This document shows positions 28,469 to 35,503 of a stretch of 35,709 nt of DNA, piece after piece (the first letter of the stretch is position 1; each line of letters opens with the position of its first letter). Under the pieces are notes generated by a model. That model searched no databases, was not told the origin of the DNA, and saw only the letters and a program-made list of their open reading frames with translations. The stretch covers positions 1-35,709 of the forward strand of contig JBKHVI010000027.1 of NCBI GenBank assembly GCA_046570105.1. Direction: 5' to 3'. The position numbers were made by a program, and so were the translations under genes. This DNA is from Bacteriovoracia bacterium (GTDB lineage: Bacteria; Bdellovibrionota; Bacteriovoracia; Bacteriovoracales; Bacteriovoracaceae).

Positions 28469-29116
28469 ATGCACAATATTTTGCTAGTACTTTGTTTGAT
28501 TGTTTTGAGTTCATGTGCGACCTCTACAGAAAAAGCGTCTATTTATAGACCAATGGGTATAGCCCAGAAGAAGACTTTTTCAGTCTTTTTCAAAGCTCGA
28601 TTTAACTCTCAGATCAATACAAAGTATGCTTCACTCCTACCGTCAGATGTAACGAGTGATCTTGAGAATTGTTCAGAGGTTCGACCGGGGGATTCTAGGG
28701 ATGGTTATCTTAAATCTGTGTTGTGTTTGACGTACTTCAATTTACTTAAGTCATACGACTTAAGATTAGTTCAATCAGAGGAAGAGTTTAGGAGTAAAAA
28801 AACGTTTAGTATCGAGTATGTAATTTCTGAAGATCAAGAGATAGCAAATAAAATCTGGTCTTGGTCTAATTTATTGACTTTAACTATAATACCTTATTGG
28901 GGACAACGAGAATTCAAACTGGCTATTTTGGAACAACAAGGAGATCAAGTCATTTCTGAGAGAGTGTTTAATGCTCATTTCACGGAGTATAGGAGTATTA
29001 TTCTACTTCCAGCAATGCCATTTACTGACGGCTACAAGATAGGAACTAGAAAAGCTGTGTCAAATTTACTTTCACAGGTGGATGAGCACTTCCAGAATTT
29101 TGATAAGAAGAAATAG
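28469..29116 (+). CDS. Lipoprotein, candidate cognate immunity/partner protein
   Basis: AGGA SD; LSSC lipobox; 7 nt after the RHS stop; hydrophobic LLTLTIIPYW and IILLPAMPF segments. Confidence 0.7.
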   Translation: MHNILLVLCLIVLSSCATSTEKASIYRPMGIAQKKTFSVFFKARFNSQINTKYASLLPSDVTSDLENCSEVRPGDSRDGYLKSVLCLTYFNLLKSYDLRLVQSEEEFRSKKTFSIEYVISEDQEIANKIWSWSNLLTLTIIPYWGQREFKLAILEQQGDQVISERVFNAHFTEYRSIILLPAMPFTDGYKIGTRKAVSNLLSQVDEHFQNFDKKK

Positions 29117-29230
29117 TTGGCCAAAAAATGGCCAACAGTTTTCAAAAATTTCCAAAATTTCGCCAAAAAGTGCCTGTGGGTCTAACTCGACAACTAACCC
29201 TTCATTCGTAAGATTGTCGTAATGAGACCC
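29116..29230. repeat. Cluster of short inverted/direct repeats, candidate recombinase binding (att) region
   Basis: GTTGGCCA-AAAAA-TGGCCAAC (29116-29136); CAAAA(A)TTT repeats; TCGTAA twice 11 bp apart; GGGTCT..CGACAA / TTGTCG..AGACCC imperfect inverted repeat. Confidence 0.45.
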
Positions 29231-29240
29231 ATTTTGAGAG

Positions 29241-29271
29241 AGAAAATAAAGGGGAAGACTAAGCCTTCCCC
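29241..29271 (-). terminator. Intrinsic terminator of the recombinase operon
   Basis: Minus strand GGGGAAGGC-TTA-GTCTTCCCC followed by TTTATTTTCT, 10 nt after the stop codon. Confidence 0.85.
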
Positions 29272-29281
29272 GATGTGTTTC

Positions 29282-30301
29282 TTATTCAAAAGGATTTGTG
29301 ATCGCTTTCGTAATCATTTCTTTGGCACTTTCTCCATAAAGTCTTCTGGTATCCGAGAGAACCCCATGCCCTAAGATATATTGAAGTTCCTTCATATCTC
29401 CACCACGAGATAGAAAATTCACCGCAAAAGAATGTCTGAGATCAAGTGGTGTCCAGTCTCCTTTATAGAGATTGGCGAGCTTAAATTCAGTGACAAGGCG
29501 ATGAAATTTATTCGTGGTAAAGGGTTCATTGTAGTATGTCCAAAAAAGTACACCTGTTTTCTTAGGCTTGTTTTTAAGTAGGGTAACAAGTTCTTCAGAG
29601 ATGGGAAGAGTTCTTTCTTTACCAGCTTTATTCTCGACAAAGTGAATAGTGCCTTTTTCCAAGTTTACATCATTCCATTTTAAATCGACCACCTCCTTGT
29701 TTTTAGAGGCGGTTTCAGAGATGAGTTTAATCATTGGATAGAGATAGCCGGGGGAATAAGACTTGATGGAGGTTAAAAGATCTTCAATATGAGAAGAAGT
29801 GAGGATGTTTCTTGACTTCACCGAAGGGACATACTTTTGGTAATAAATCTTACTCAAGGGTGATTCTGAAATAATATCCTTATCCACAAGAAAGCTAAAA
29901 AGCGTGTCAACTTGACACTTAAGTCCTCTCATTGTGATGTCCCTAAGTTTGTATTCCTTTTGCACCTGATCGAGCCATACTTTGAAGGAGTCAGAGGTGA
30001 GTTCACTCACTTGATATTCTCCAAAGGTACTGACAAAATCCATGATGTGAATTTTGCTTTTTGCAAAAGCGTTGCGAGGCTTTTCATCAATAAAAATCAT
30101 GATGAGTTCTTCAAGAGTTAATTCTTGATAATGACTTCGATGTTTACGACGGTACTTGATTTCCATTTCTTCTTTATAACCTTTGGCCAGCTCTCGACTG
30201 GTAAAGGCCTTACGCACTTTCCTTTTTGAGAGTGGATGGGTAAAGCTGGTTAAAAATGTTCCATCCTGGATAGGATAGATGTTTACTTGAAATTCATTCA
30301 T
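29282..30301 (-). CDS. Tyrosine recombinase paralog with a partly degenerate active site
   Basis: ETASKNKEV (catalytic R replaced by K), PLDLRHSFA (H replaced by L), LGH and RLY retained; GAGG SD before ATG 30301. Confidence 0.88.
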   Translation of the reverse strand: MNEFQVNIYPIQDGTFLTSFTHPLSKRKVRKAFTSRELAKGYKEEMEIKYRRKHRSHYQELTLEELIMIFIDEKPRNAFAKSKIHIMDFVSTFGEYQVSELTSDSFKVWLDQVQKEYKLRDITMRGLKCQVDTLFSFLVDKDIISESPLSKIYYQKYVPSVKSRNILTSSHIEDLLTSIKSYSPGYLYPMIKLISETASKNKEVVDLKWNDVNLEKGTIHFVENKAGKERTLPISEELVTLLKNKPKKTGVLFWTYYNEPFTTNKFHRLVTEFKLANLYKGDWTPLDLRHSFAVNFLSRGGDMKELQYILGHGVLSDTRRLYGESAKEMITKAITNPFE

Positions 30302-31352
30302 GGTTTTCCTCTTTTGTGTTTTGGGTGTTGTCGTAAGGTGATGGACACTCAATATCTTGTGCTTGAAGCTGCCCATAAAGGTTGACTGTCACATCAATTG
30401 ATCTGTGCCCTAAAATGGCCTGCAGTTGATACATCTTTCCACTTTTCTTTAAGAAGTTATAAGCGAAGGAGTGACGCAGACAATGACTGGCCCAATCTTT
30501 TCCATTGGGAAAGAAGGCCTTGAATTTGGTGATATGCCTTGTGAGGGCCGAGCGCCCAATTCTTTCACCTTCTTCATTCAGAATGAGTGGGATTTTCTCA
30601 TGCTTTGCAAGTTGTTTTTCCAGAATTGTCTTTAAAACTGGAGAAATTTTTACGAATCTTTCGTGGGAGTTTTTCGTTTCCCGAAAGTGAATCAAATCCG
30701 TTTCAAAATCAATATCATCTCGATTAAGTTTGACGATCTCTCCACGTCTTGCCCCTGTGTGGGCGGCAATCGCAAGGAAGGGATATAAAAGGTCGGGTGA
30801 AAAAGTCTTGGCACTTTCTAGGACATGTAAGACTTCGTTAACAGACATGACGATACGCTTGCGGCGAGGGTTGTCATACCGCTTAAACTTGATTCGGTCT
30901 AACGGATTTTGTTGTAAATAATCTTCATGATGGAGATACTCAAAAAAGCGGTAAAATTGCGTCTTTATTCCGTTCATTGTTCGTTCACTAAGGTTTCCCT
31001 CCGTCTTTCTACTTTGAAACCACTCTTTCAAGTCGTTAACAGTGAGTTCGCCAATTCGGTAAAGGCCAAAAGCATCAATGAACGATTTGAAGTGATTTTT
31101 TCTTGATCTTACCAGTGATGCTGGAAAAATTTCGAGATACAGTTTCATGGCCTCTGATACTCGAACATCGCTAAAAACATTGACTCCCTTGGAGTTCACT
31201 TTAGTCTCTATACTTTTTTTGAAGTCTTTGGCGTCTTTGAGTGTGGCAAATCGCTTACGCTTTCTTTTCCCTGTCTTGGGGTCAAAGAACTTGACCTGAA
31301 TGTGTCCTGAACTCATTTTGTGAATTTTGACATTAAATTGATTTAAATTCAT
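30294..31352 (-). CDS. Tyrosine recombinase/integrase with canonical active site
   Basis: HTGARRGEI, ETKN, HCLRHSFA, LGH, NLY; N-terminal arm-binding-like segment; start 31352 (GGAG SD, ATGA overlap with the upstream stop). Confidence 0.93.
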   Translation of the reverse strand: MNLNQFNVKIHKMSSGHIQVKFFDPKTGKRKRKRFATLKDAKDFKKSIETKVNSKGVNVFSDVRVSEAMKLYLEIFPASLVRSRKNHFKSFIDAFGLYRIGELTVNDLKEWFQSRKTEGNLSERTMNGIKTQFYRFFEYLHHEDYLQQNPLDRIKFKRYDNPRRKRIVMSVNEVLHVLESAKTFSPDLLYPFLAIAAHTGARRGEIVKLNRDDIDFETDLIHFRETKNSHERFVKISPVLKTILEKQLAKHEKIPLILNEEGERIGRSALTRHITKFKAFFPNGKDWASHCLRHSFAYNFLKKSGKMYQLQAILGHRSIDVTVNLYGQLQAQDIECPSPYDNTQNTKEENHE

Positions 31353-32560
31353 GCGCTCATCTCCAAAAGTTCGTGGGATGATGGAAGATGATGCTCTTTC
31401 ATCATGTGTTTTTGGGTACGATCTCGAAGCCACTGATCTAATTTTTCTGGTCCTATGAGATACTTCTTTTTGACTCCGACATTTACATAGGGAAACGTCG
31501 GGTCTGATTTAATGTGGTGATAAATTAACCACTGACTGATGCCATACATACGGGCCACCTCCTTGATGGAATAGAGTCGTTTTGTGGGAGTTTGCTCCAC
31601 ACTTGTTGGCCAACATAATGTCGGCCGTTCAGTCAATGGCCGCTCTGATGGCCCTGAATTTTTTGGGGCACGATCTTTAGGATAAGGGAGTCTAAGCTTG
31701 TCGGGATTCCGGATGACAAAGAGTCCTCTAAGCTTTTTGGTTTCCGTTTTGTTCAGGCCCAGAATATAAACGTACTTGTGCTTTCTAGGTAAGCTGCGCT
31801 TAGGGATGCTATTCTGATACTCCCTAGCTTTTTTTTTCAGTTGTTGGGCAATGTCAGAAGGTACTTTGTCCCAAAAAATCTTATCCCGATGACTCCATCC
31901 ATTTTGCCAACTAATGCCAAGCTCCTGAGCATAAAGCTTAAAGCTAGTGGTCTTTCTGAATACACGGTCACTAAATCCCTTGTCTGAAAACTTCTTATCA
32001 AAGTATTCAAACCGTGCCCCAGAATCTTGTCCCAGATAGATAAAGTTACAGGCCTGATAAATGGTGCCGAGTTCCCGTGCTTCCGTGTCCGAATAGGCCG
32101 TAAAGAATCTATAAGGGGTATTCTTCACCATCCAACGGATAGAAAACATCACAAGGGCCGAAGCCAGATTCTTGGGACTCCATGAAATACACGCCCCACG
32201 GCTGATGAGCTTTTCTTTGTCCCGATATTCTTTACCCAGAAGATTAGAAAAGGCGTTAGGTGTGGCCATGACAATGACTCCAGCAAGCTTGCCTTGATAG
32301 GTGGCAATAAATCTGTGAGTCGGGCGGTGTGGCATCTTGCCAAGCCACTCATGCCTTAGAATGAAATCTTTAACTTTCTGGCACGTTTCTTTATCTTCCT
32401 TGGAAACAAACTGAAATTCAAAATCAGAAACTCGAAGCGTGTCGATCTCAGCGTGAGTCAGTTCTGCCTCTTCCAAGTCTTGAGCGAGATTTTTCTGCCT
32501 GATCTCGTATTGCCAGCAATGAGAGGCCGTGAACTCGCGAGAGTTGAGTTGGTGTTTCAT
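31349..32560 (-). CDS. Mom-like (GNAT-fold) DNA modification protein fused to a C-terminal excisionase-like HTH
   Basis: FILRHEW, GKLAGVIV, ISRGAC...PKNLASAL...SIRW, AYSD...LGTIYQACNFIYLG resemble phage Mu Mom family motifs; C-terminal LYSIKEVARMYGIS..LIY..I...P..VG...I....LDQWL is HTH_17/Xis-like. Confidence 0.75.
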   Translation of the reverse strand: MKHQLNSREFTASHCWQYEIRQKNLAQDLEEAELTHAEIDTLRVSDFEFQFVSKEDKETCQKVKDFILRHEWLGKMPHRPTHRFIATYQGKLAGVIVMATPNAFSNLLGKEYRDKEKLISRGACISWSPKNLASALVMFSIRWMVKNTPYRFFTAYSDTEARELGTIYQACNFIYLGQDSGARFEYFDKKFSDKGFSDRVFRKTTSFKLYAQELGISWQNGWSHRDKIFWDKVPSDIAQQLKKKAREYQNSIPKRSLPRKHKYVYILGLNKTETKKLRGLFVIRNPDKLRLPYPKDRAPKNSGPSERPLTERPTLCWPTSVEQTPTKRLYSIKEVARMYGISQWLIYHHIKSDPTFPYVNVGVKKKYLIGPEKLDQWLRDRTQKHMMKEHHLPSSHELLEMSA

Positions 32561-32594
32561 ATAAATGTCCTTAGATTTTTATTTAATAGAGAGA

Positions 32595-32747
32595 AACTGT
32601 GAGAATCGCAGTTAGTCCCTCTTTATGAGTCTTGAATGAAAAGAGAATTTTCTCTTTGATTTTAAAATCTTAGTGAATGTCTTGGTTTTTATTCCCTGCT
32701 GACTCATGTATCCCGCTCGCAACGGTGACGGGTCAACATACTCATGA
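32595..32747. other. Intergenic cluster of four hairpins/palindromes, candidate oriT or single-strand origin
   Basis: AACTGTGA-GAA-TCGCAGTT; AAAGAGAA-TT-TTCTCTTT; GATTTTAAAATC; TCATGTATCCCGCTCGC-AACG-GTGACGGG...ATACTCATGA. Confidence 0.4.
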
Positions 32748-32748
32748 A

Positions 32749-33495
32749 TTAGTTAATCGCTAGCACCTCCTTTTGATGATTGATAAAGGAAGTCTTTGTT
32801 TTCAAAGTGAGAAGGTCATCCAGTAAACAGTAAAAGAACTTTGGAGTTAAGTTTCCTTTGAACTTCTTTTCTGCCTGCATGACCTTATTTTGAATACCGG
32901 AAGTCTTGCTGATAAATAGCACTGCCTTAACTTCATCAGTCCCATAGTATTTGTGCATCAGTTGATCGTAGCGTTTAGCGAACTTTGCTGAAGCTTCATA
33001 TTCGAGAGGGAAATAAAAAGTGTCATCTCCGAGATTCGTCTTGATGATGCCATCAGAATTGAGTTTTCTAATTTCTTTGATTATGTGTTCATCATCAAAG
33101 AGTCCAGATTGAAGCACATTTTCGCTTAAGGCTGATTCAACTGACTTGAAGTTTGATAAAATTCGCTTGATCTCCAAGACTCCCAGATCATGGGGAATTG
33201 ATGAACTTTTCCTTTGTATGCGTTTCATTTGGGTTTTATCCCCGATGAACTTTACAAGGGACTTCTTGCTTAGAGAGTAAATCAGTTTGTTACAGGATTC
33301 TCTCAGGTAAGTGACTTCAAGAAACCCATATTTGATAAGTTTATCCAATCGTCTATGCACAGCTTGCTTACTGGCTTGATTAAAGATGTCCTCCCGTAAG
33401 TGGCGAATACTCGCCACTTTGTTAATAAACAGATAACGGAAAAGCTTTTCATCTCGCTCAGTAATGATGAGAGTGTTTTTCTGGGCCTTAAGCAT
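32749..33495 (-). CDS. Replication-relaxation (Replic_Relax) family protein
   Basis: N-terminal wHTH ITERDEKLFRYL...RRLDKL...Y.L; IPHDL; SDG and PLEYE PD-(D/E)xK-like core; coupled to the FtsK gene. Confidence 0.8.
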   Translation of the reverse strand: MLKAQKNTLIITERDEKLFRYLFINKVASIRHLREDIFNQASKQAVHRRLDKLIKYGFLEVTYLRESCNKLIYSLSKKSLVKFIGDKTQMKRIQRKSSSIPHDLGVLEIKRILSNFKSVESALSENVLQSGLFDDEHIIKEIRKLNSDGIIKTNLGDDTFYFPLEYEASAKFAKRYDQLMHKYYGTDEVKAVLFISKTSGIQNKVMQAEKKFKGNLTPKFFYCLLDDLLTLKTKTSFINHQKEVLAIN

Positions 33496-35014
33496 TTAAT
33501 ACATCCTGTTTAGTTAAAGATGGTTTCTTGACTGGAACCGAGGACGATTCAGAAGGTGTTGCAAATCCCATAGGTTGATTTAGAGTCTTTTTTTCTTCTG
33601 CATAATCTTGGGCGATCAATTGAAGCTCTGGCTTCATGGAATTTGATGAAAGAAAGGGAGTCTGGACTTCAATTTCATCATGTCCGAATTGCCAGATGCC
33701 TCGCCCAGGTGTGGCAGGAAGATGAGAAGCCTTAGCGTTTCCGAGAACGCGGACTGAACCTTCAGGAGTGTTGAGCTTGAAGCACATTCTTCCAGATATG
33801 TTTTCCTGCATTCTTGTGTCGATAGTTTCCTTAGAGACCTTTTGGGTAGCTAGGATGAGATGAATAGCAGCAGCTCGTCCAAGCTTAGCGATACTTTCGG
33901 TTAAGTCCCTTGCTTCGCTAACCAGCTCATAATCAACACTATCTTTACGGGCCTGACCATAGAGGACAGAGGCCTCATCAATACCGATAACGATGCGATC
34001 AAAAGGATGTTTGTCTGGATTGATTTGCTCTAGGCCTTTCTTTTCAAGATAGGTGAAGCGGTTATCCATTTCCTTTTTAACGAGTTTTAAAGTTATGAGA
34101 GCATCCTCAATGCTTTTTGAAACCCTGACGTTTGAAAGTTGAGAAAATTCTCTAAACTCAAGCCCACCTTTTAAGTCCACGAGATACATTTGTAGATGGT
34201 TGGTGGATTTAAGAAGGCCTAAGAGCATTTGTTTAAAGAACTGTGACTTTCCTCCACCTGTGGCACCAGCAATGAGCATATGAGGGAGCTTGGAGATTTT
34301 GCCAATGACTGTTTCTTTTTTTGATTCACCAATGAGAAAGGATTCACTTTGATCTAAGCTCCCTTGAAGTTGTTCAAAGGTCACATATTCAGGTAGAAAC
34401 TTAGTGGAGAGAATGATCTCCACATACTTAGGATTTTTAAGGCGGTTGATTTCTTCAATGTCTTTACCGAAGGCAGATTGAAGCTCGTCTTGTTTTGCTT
34501 TGAGCTTTTCGGCTCCAATGCCTGATACATAAACGATAAGTCTTGTTCGGTGCTCATCTAATCGAGTGATGCTATCAATCTCGGCGGTTACGTCTTTAGC
34601 ATTTTTAAGTCCAATGGAGTCGAGAGCGTGTTGGTAATCCTTGAAGCGGAAATACGGAATAATGCCAATGATCCAGAGAAGAACCGTTGAGATAGGAACC
34701 GCAACCAGAGAAAAGTTTTTCTGAAATCCTAGATCATGGATTGCTTGCAGTCTTTTAAGAGGAAAGAGCCATGATGAGAGATCATGGAGAAGTTGCAAGT
34801 GCCACTGATAGTGGATGATTGTCATTGTGATGAGAGAAACAAGGCTGATTCCCATCAGTAATACTTTAAAGCTTCTGAGTTGCTTCAAACCGAACCAAAA
34901 AGAATGGGTGAAGAAAACGAAGATAGGTCCTAGCTGGATGAACGCTTCATTAAGAATTTCTCCGATCATCTTGTCGGTGCTGGATGGCGTATTGGTCTTT
35001 TTTGTTTCGTTCAT
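33488..35014 (-). CDS. FtsK/SpoIIIE-family membrane ATPase (TcpA-like coupling protein/translocase)
   Basis: N-terminal TM helices; PHMLIAGATGGGKS (Walker A), VDLKGG, IDEA (Walker B), GRAAAIHLILATQK; AGGAG SD. Confidence 0.92.
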   Translation of the reverse strand: MNETKKTNTPSSTDKMIGEILNEAFIQLGPIFVFFTHSFWFGLKQLRSFKVLLMGISLVSLITMTIIHYQWHLQLLHDLSSWLFPLKRLQAIHDLGFQKNFSLVAVPISTVLLWIIGIIPYFRFKDYQHALDSIGLKNAKDVTAEIDSITRLDEHRTRLIVYVSGIGAEKLKAKQDELQSAFGKDIEEINRLKNPKYVEIILSTKFLPEYVTFEQLQGSLDQSESFLIGESKKETVIGKISKLPHMLIAGATGGGKSQFFKQMLLGLLKSTNHLQMYLVDLKGGLEFREFSQLSNVRVSKSIEDALITLKLVKKEMDNRFTYLEKKGLEQINPDKHPFDRIVIGIDEASVLYGQARKDSVDYELVSEARDLTESIAKLGRAAAIHLILATQKVSKETIDTRMQENISGRMCFKLNTPEGSVRVLGNAKASHLPATPGRGIWQFGHDEIEVQTPFLSSNSMKPELQLIAQDYAEEKKTLNQPMGFATPSESSSVPVKKPSLTKQDVLNA

Positions 35015-35062
35015 GGTTTTACTCCTGTGTTGAACGGTTTTGTTTTTGGTTAAGACCCTAAG

Positions 35063-35078
35063 GCAAAGACCGTGCCAA
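35063..35078 (-). promoter_or_regulatory. Sigma54 (RpoN) -24/-12 promoter for the ftsK-relaxase operon
   Basis: Minus strand TTGGCACGGTCTTTGC is an exact match to TGGCACG-N4-TTGC, 48 nt upstream of the ftsK ATG and correctly oriented. Confidence 0.82.
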
Positions 35079-35094
35079 TTTTGAAAGTGATAAA

Positions 35095-35107
35095 AATAAA
35101 TGAGTTA
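35095..35107 (+). promoter_or_regulatory. IHF-like binding site between promoter and palindromes
   Basis: AATAAATGAGTTA versus WATCAANNNNTTR (one mismatch) in an A-tract context. Confidence 0.4.
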
Positions 35108-35147
35108 CAAGTGCTCAAAATAATTTTAGAAAATTTGAAGCAAAAAA

Positions 35148-35233
35148 TGTGACGAGGTCTCGTCACAAAAACTCAAAAAATAAATAAAATCAGAATCATT
35201 TTAGCGATTTAGAAATCTGACGAAGTTTCGTCA
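35148..35233. promoter_or_regulatory. Two related 16-bp palindromes, candidate enhancer (UAS) or operator sites
   Basis: TGACGAGGTCTCGTCA (35150-35165, symmetry extends to 35148-35167) and TGACGAAGTTTCGTCA (35218-35233). Confidence 0.7.
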
Positions 35234-35469
35234 TAAACTTTGGAAAAGGCCTACTGGTGCGACTAATTTCTGAAAGTTTTAAAAGACTTAAAGTACCTTT
35301 TGAGGTGGCGAGAGTCCGTCACTTTGAGGTCCTAACTGCGCAATCAAGTAACAGTAAGTGTGCATTTGGGTAACAGTAGAGGGATTGCTCCGTGCTTTTC
35401 CTTGGCCTGTAACCAGTTGAAAGCAGGTACTCCGTTGTGAGTTCAAGTTATTGAAAAGAAATGCCGATA

Positions 35470-35498
35470 TTGACAATGGTGCTATATGTGATACCATT
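35470..35498 (+). promoter_or_regulatory. Sigma70 promoter of hicA with overlapping inverted repeat (candidate HicB operator)
   Basis: TTGACA (35470-35475), TG-n-TACCAT (35489-35497), AATGGT-N12-ACCATT (35475-35498). Confidence 0.7.
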
Positions 35499-35503
35499 AT
35501 TTA

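Noticed and set aside
29178..29230. Integron attC site (GTCTAAC fits RYYYAAC) or dif-like site
   Set aside because: No matching GTTRRRY at the other end, the recombinases do not look like IntI, and the arms do not fit the XerC/XerD TAA-N6-TTA pattern.
29282..31352. Chromosomal xerC/xerD or a RIT element
   Set aside because: Both proteins carry integrase-like N-terminal arms and sit in a mobile module; only two recombinases and no terminal inverted repeats are visible.
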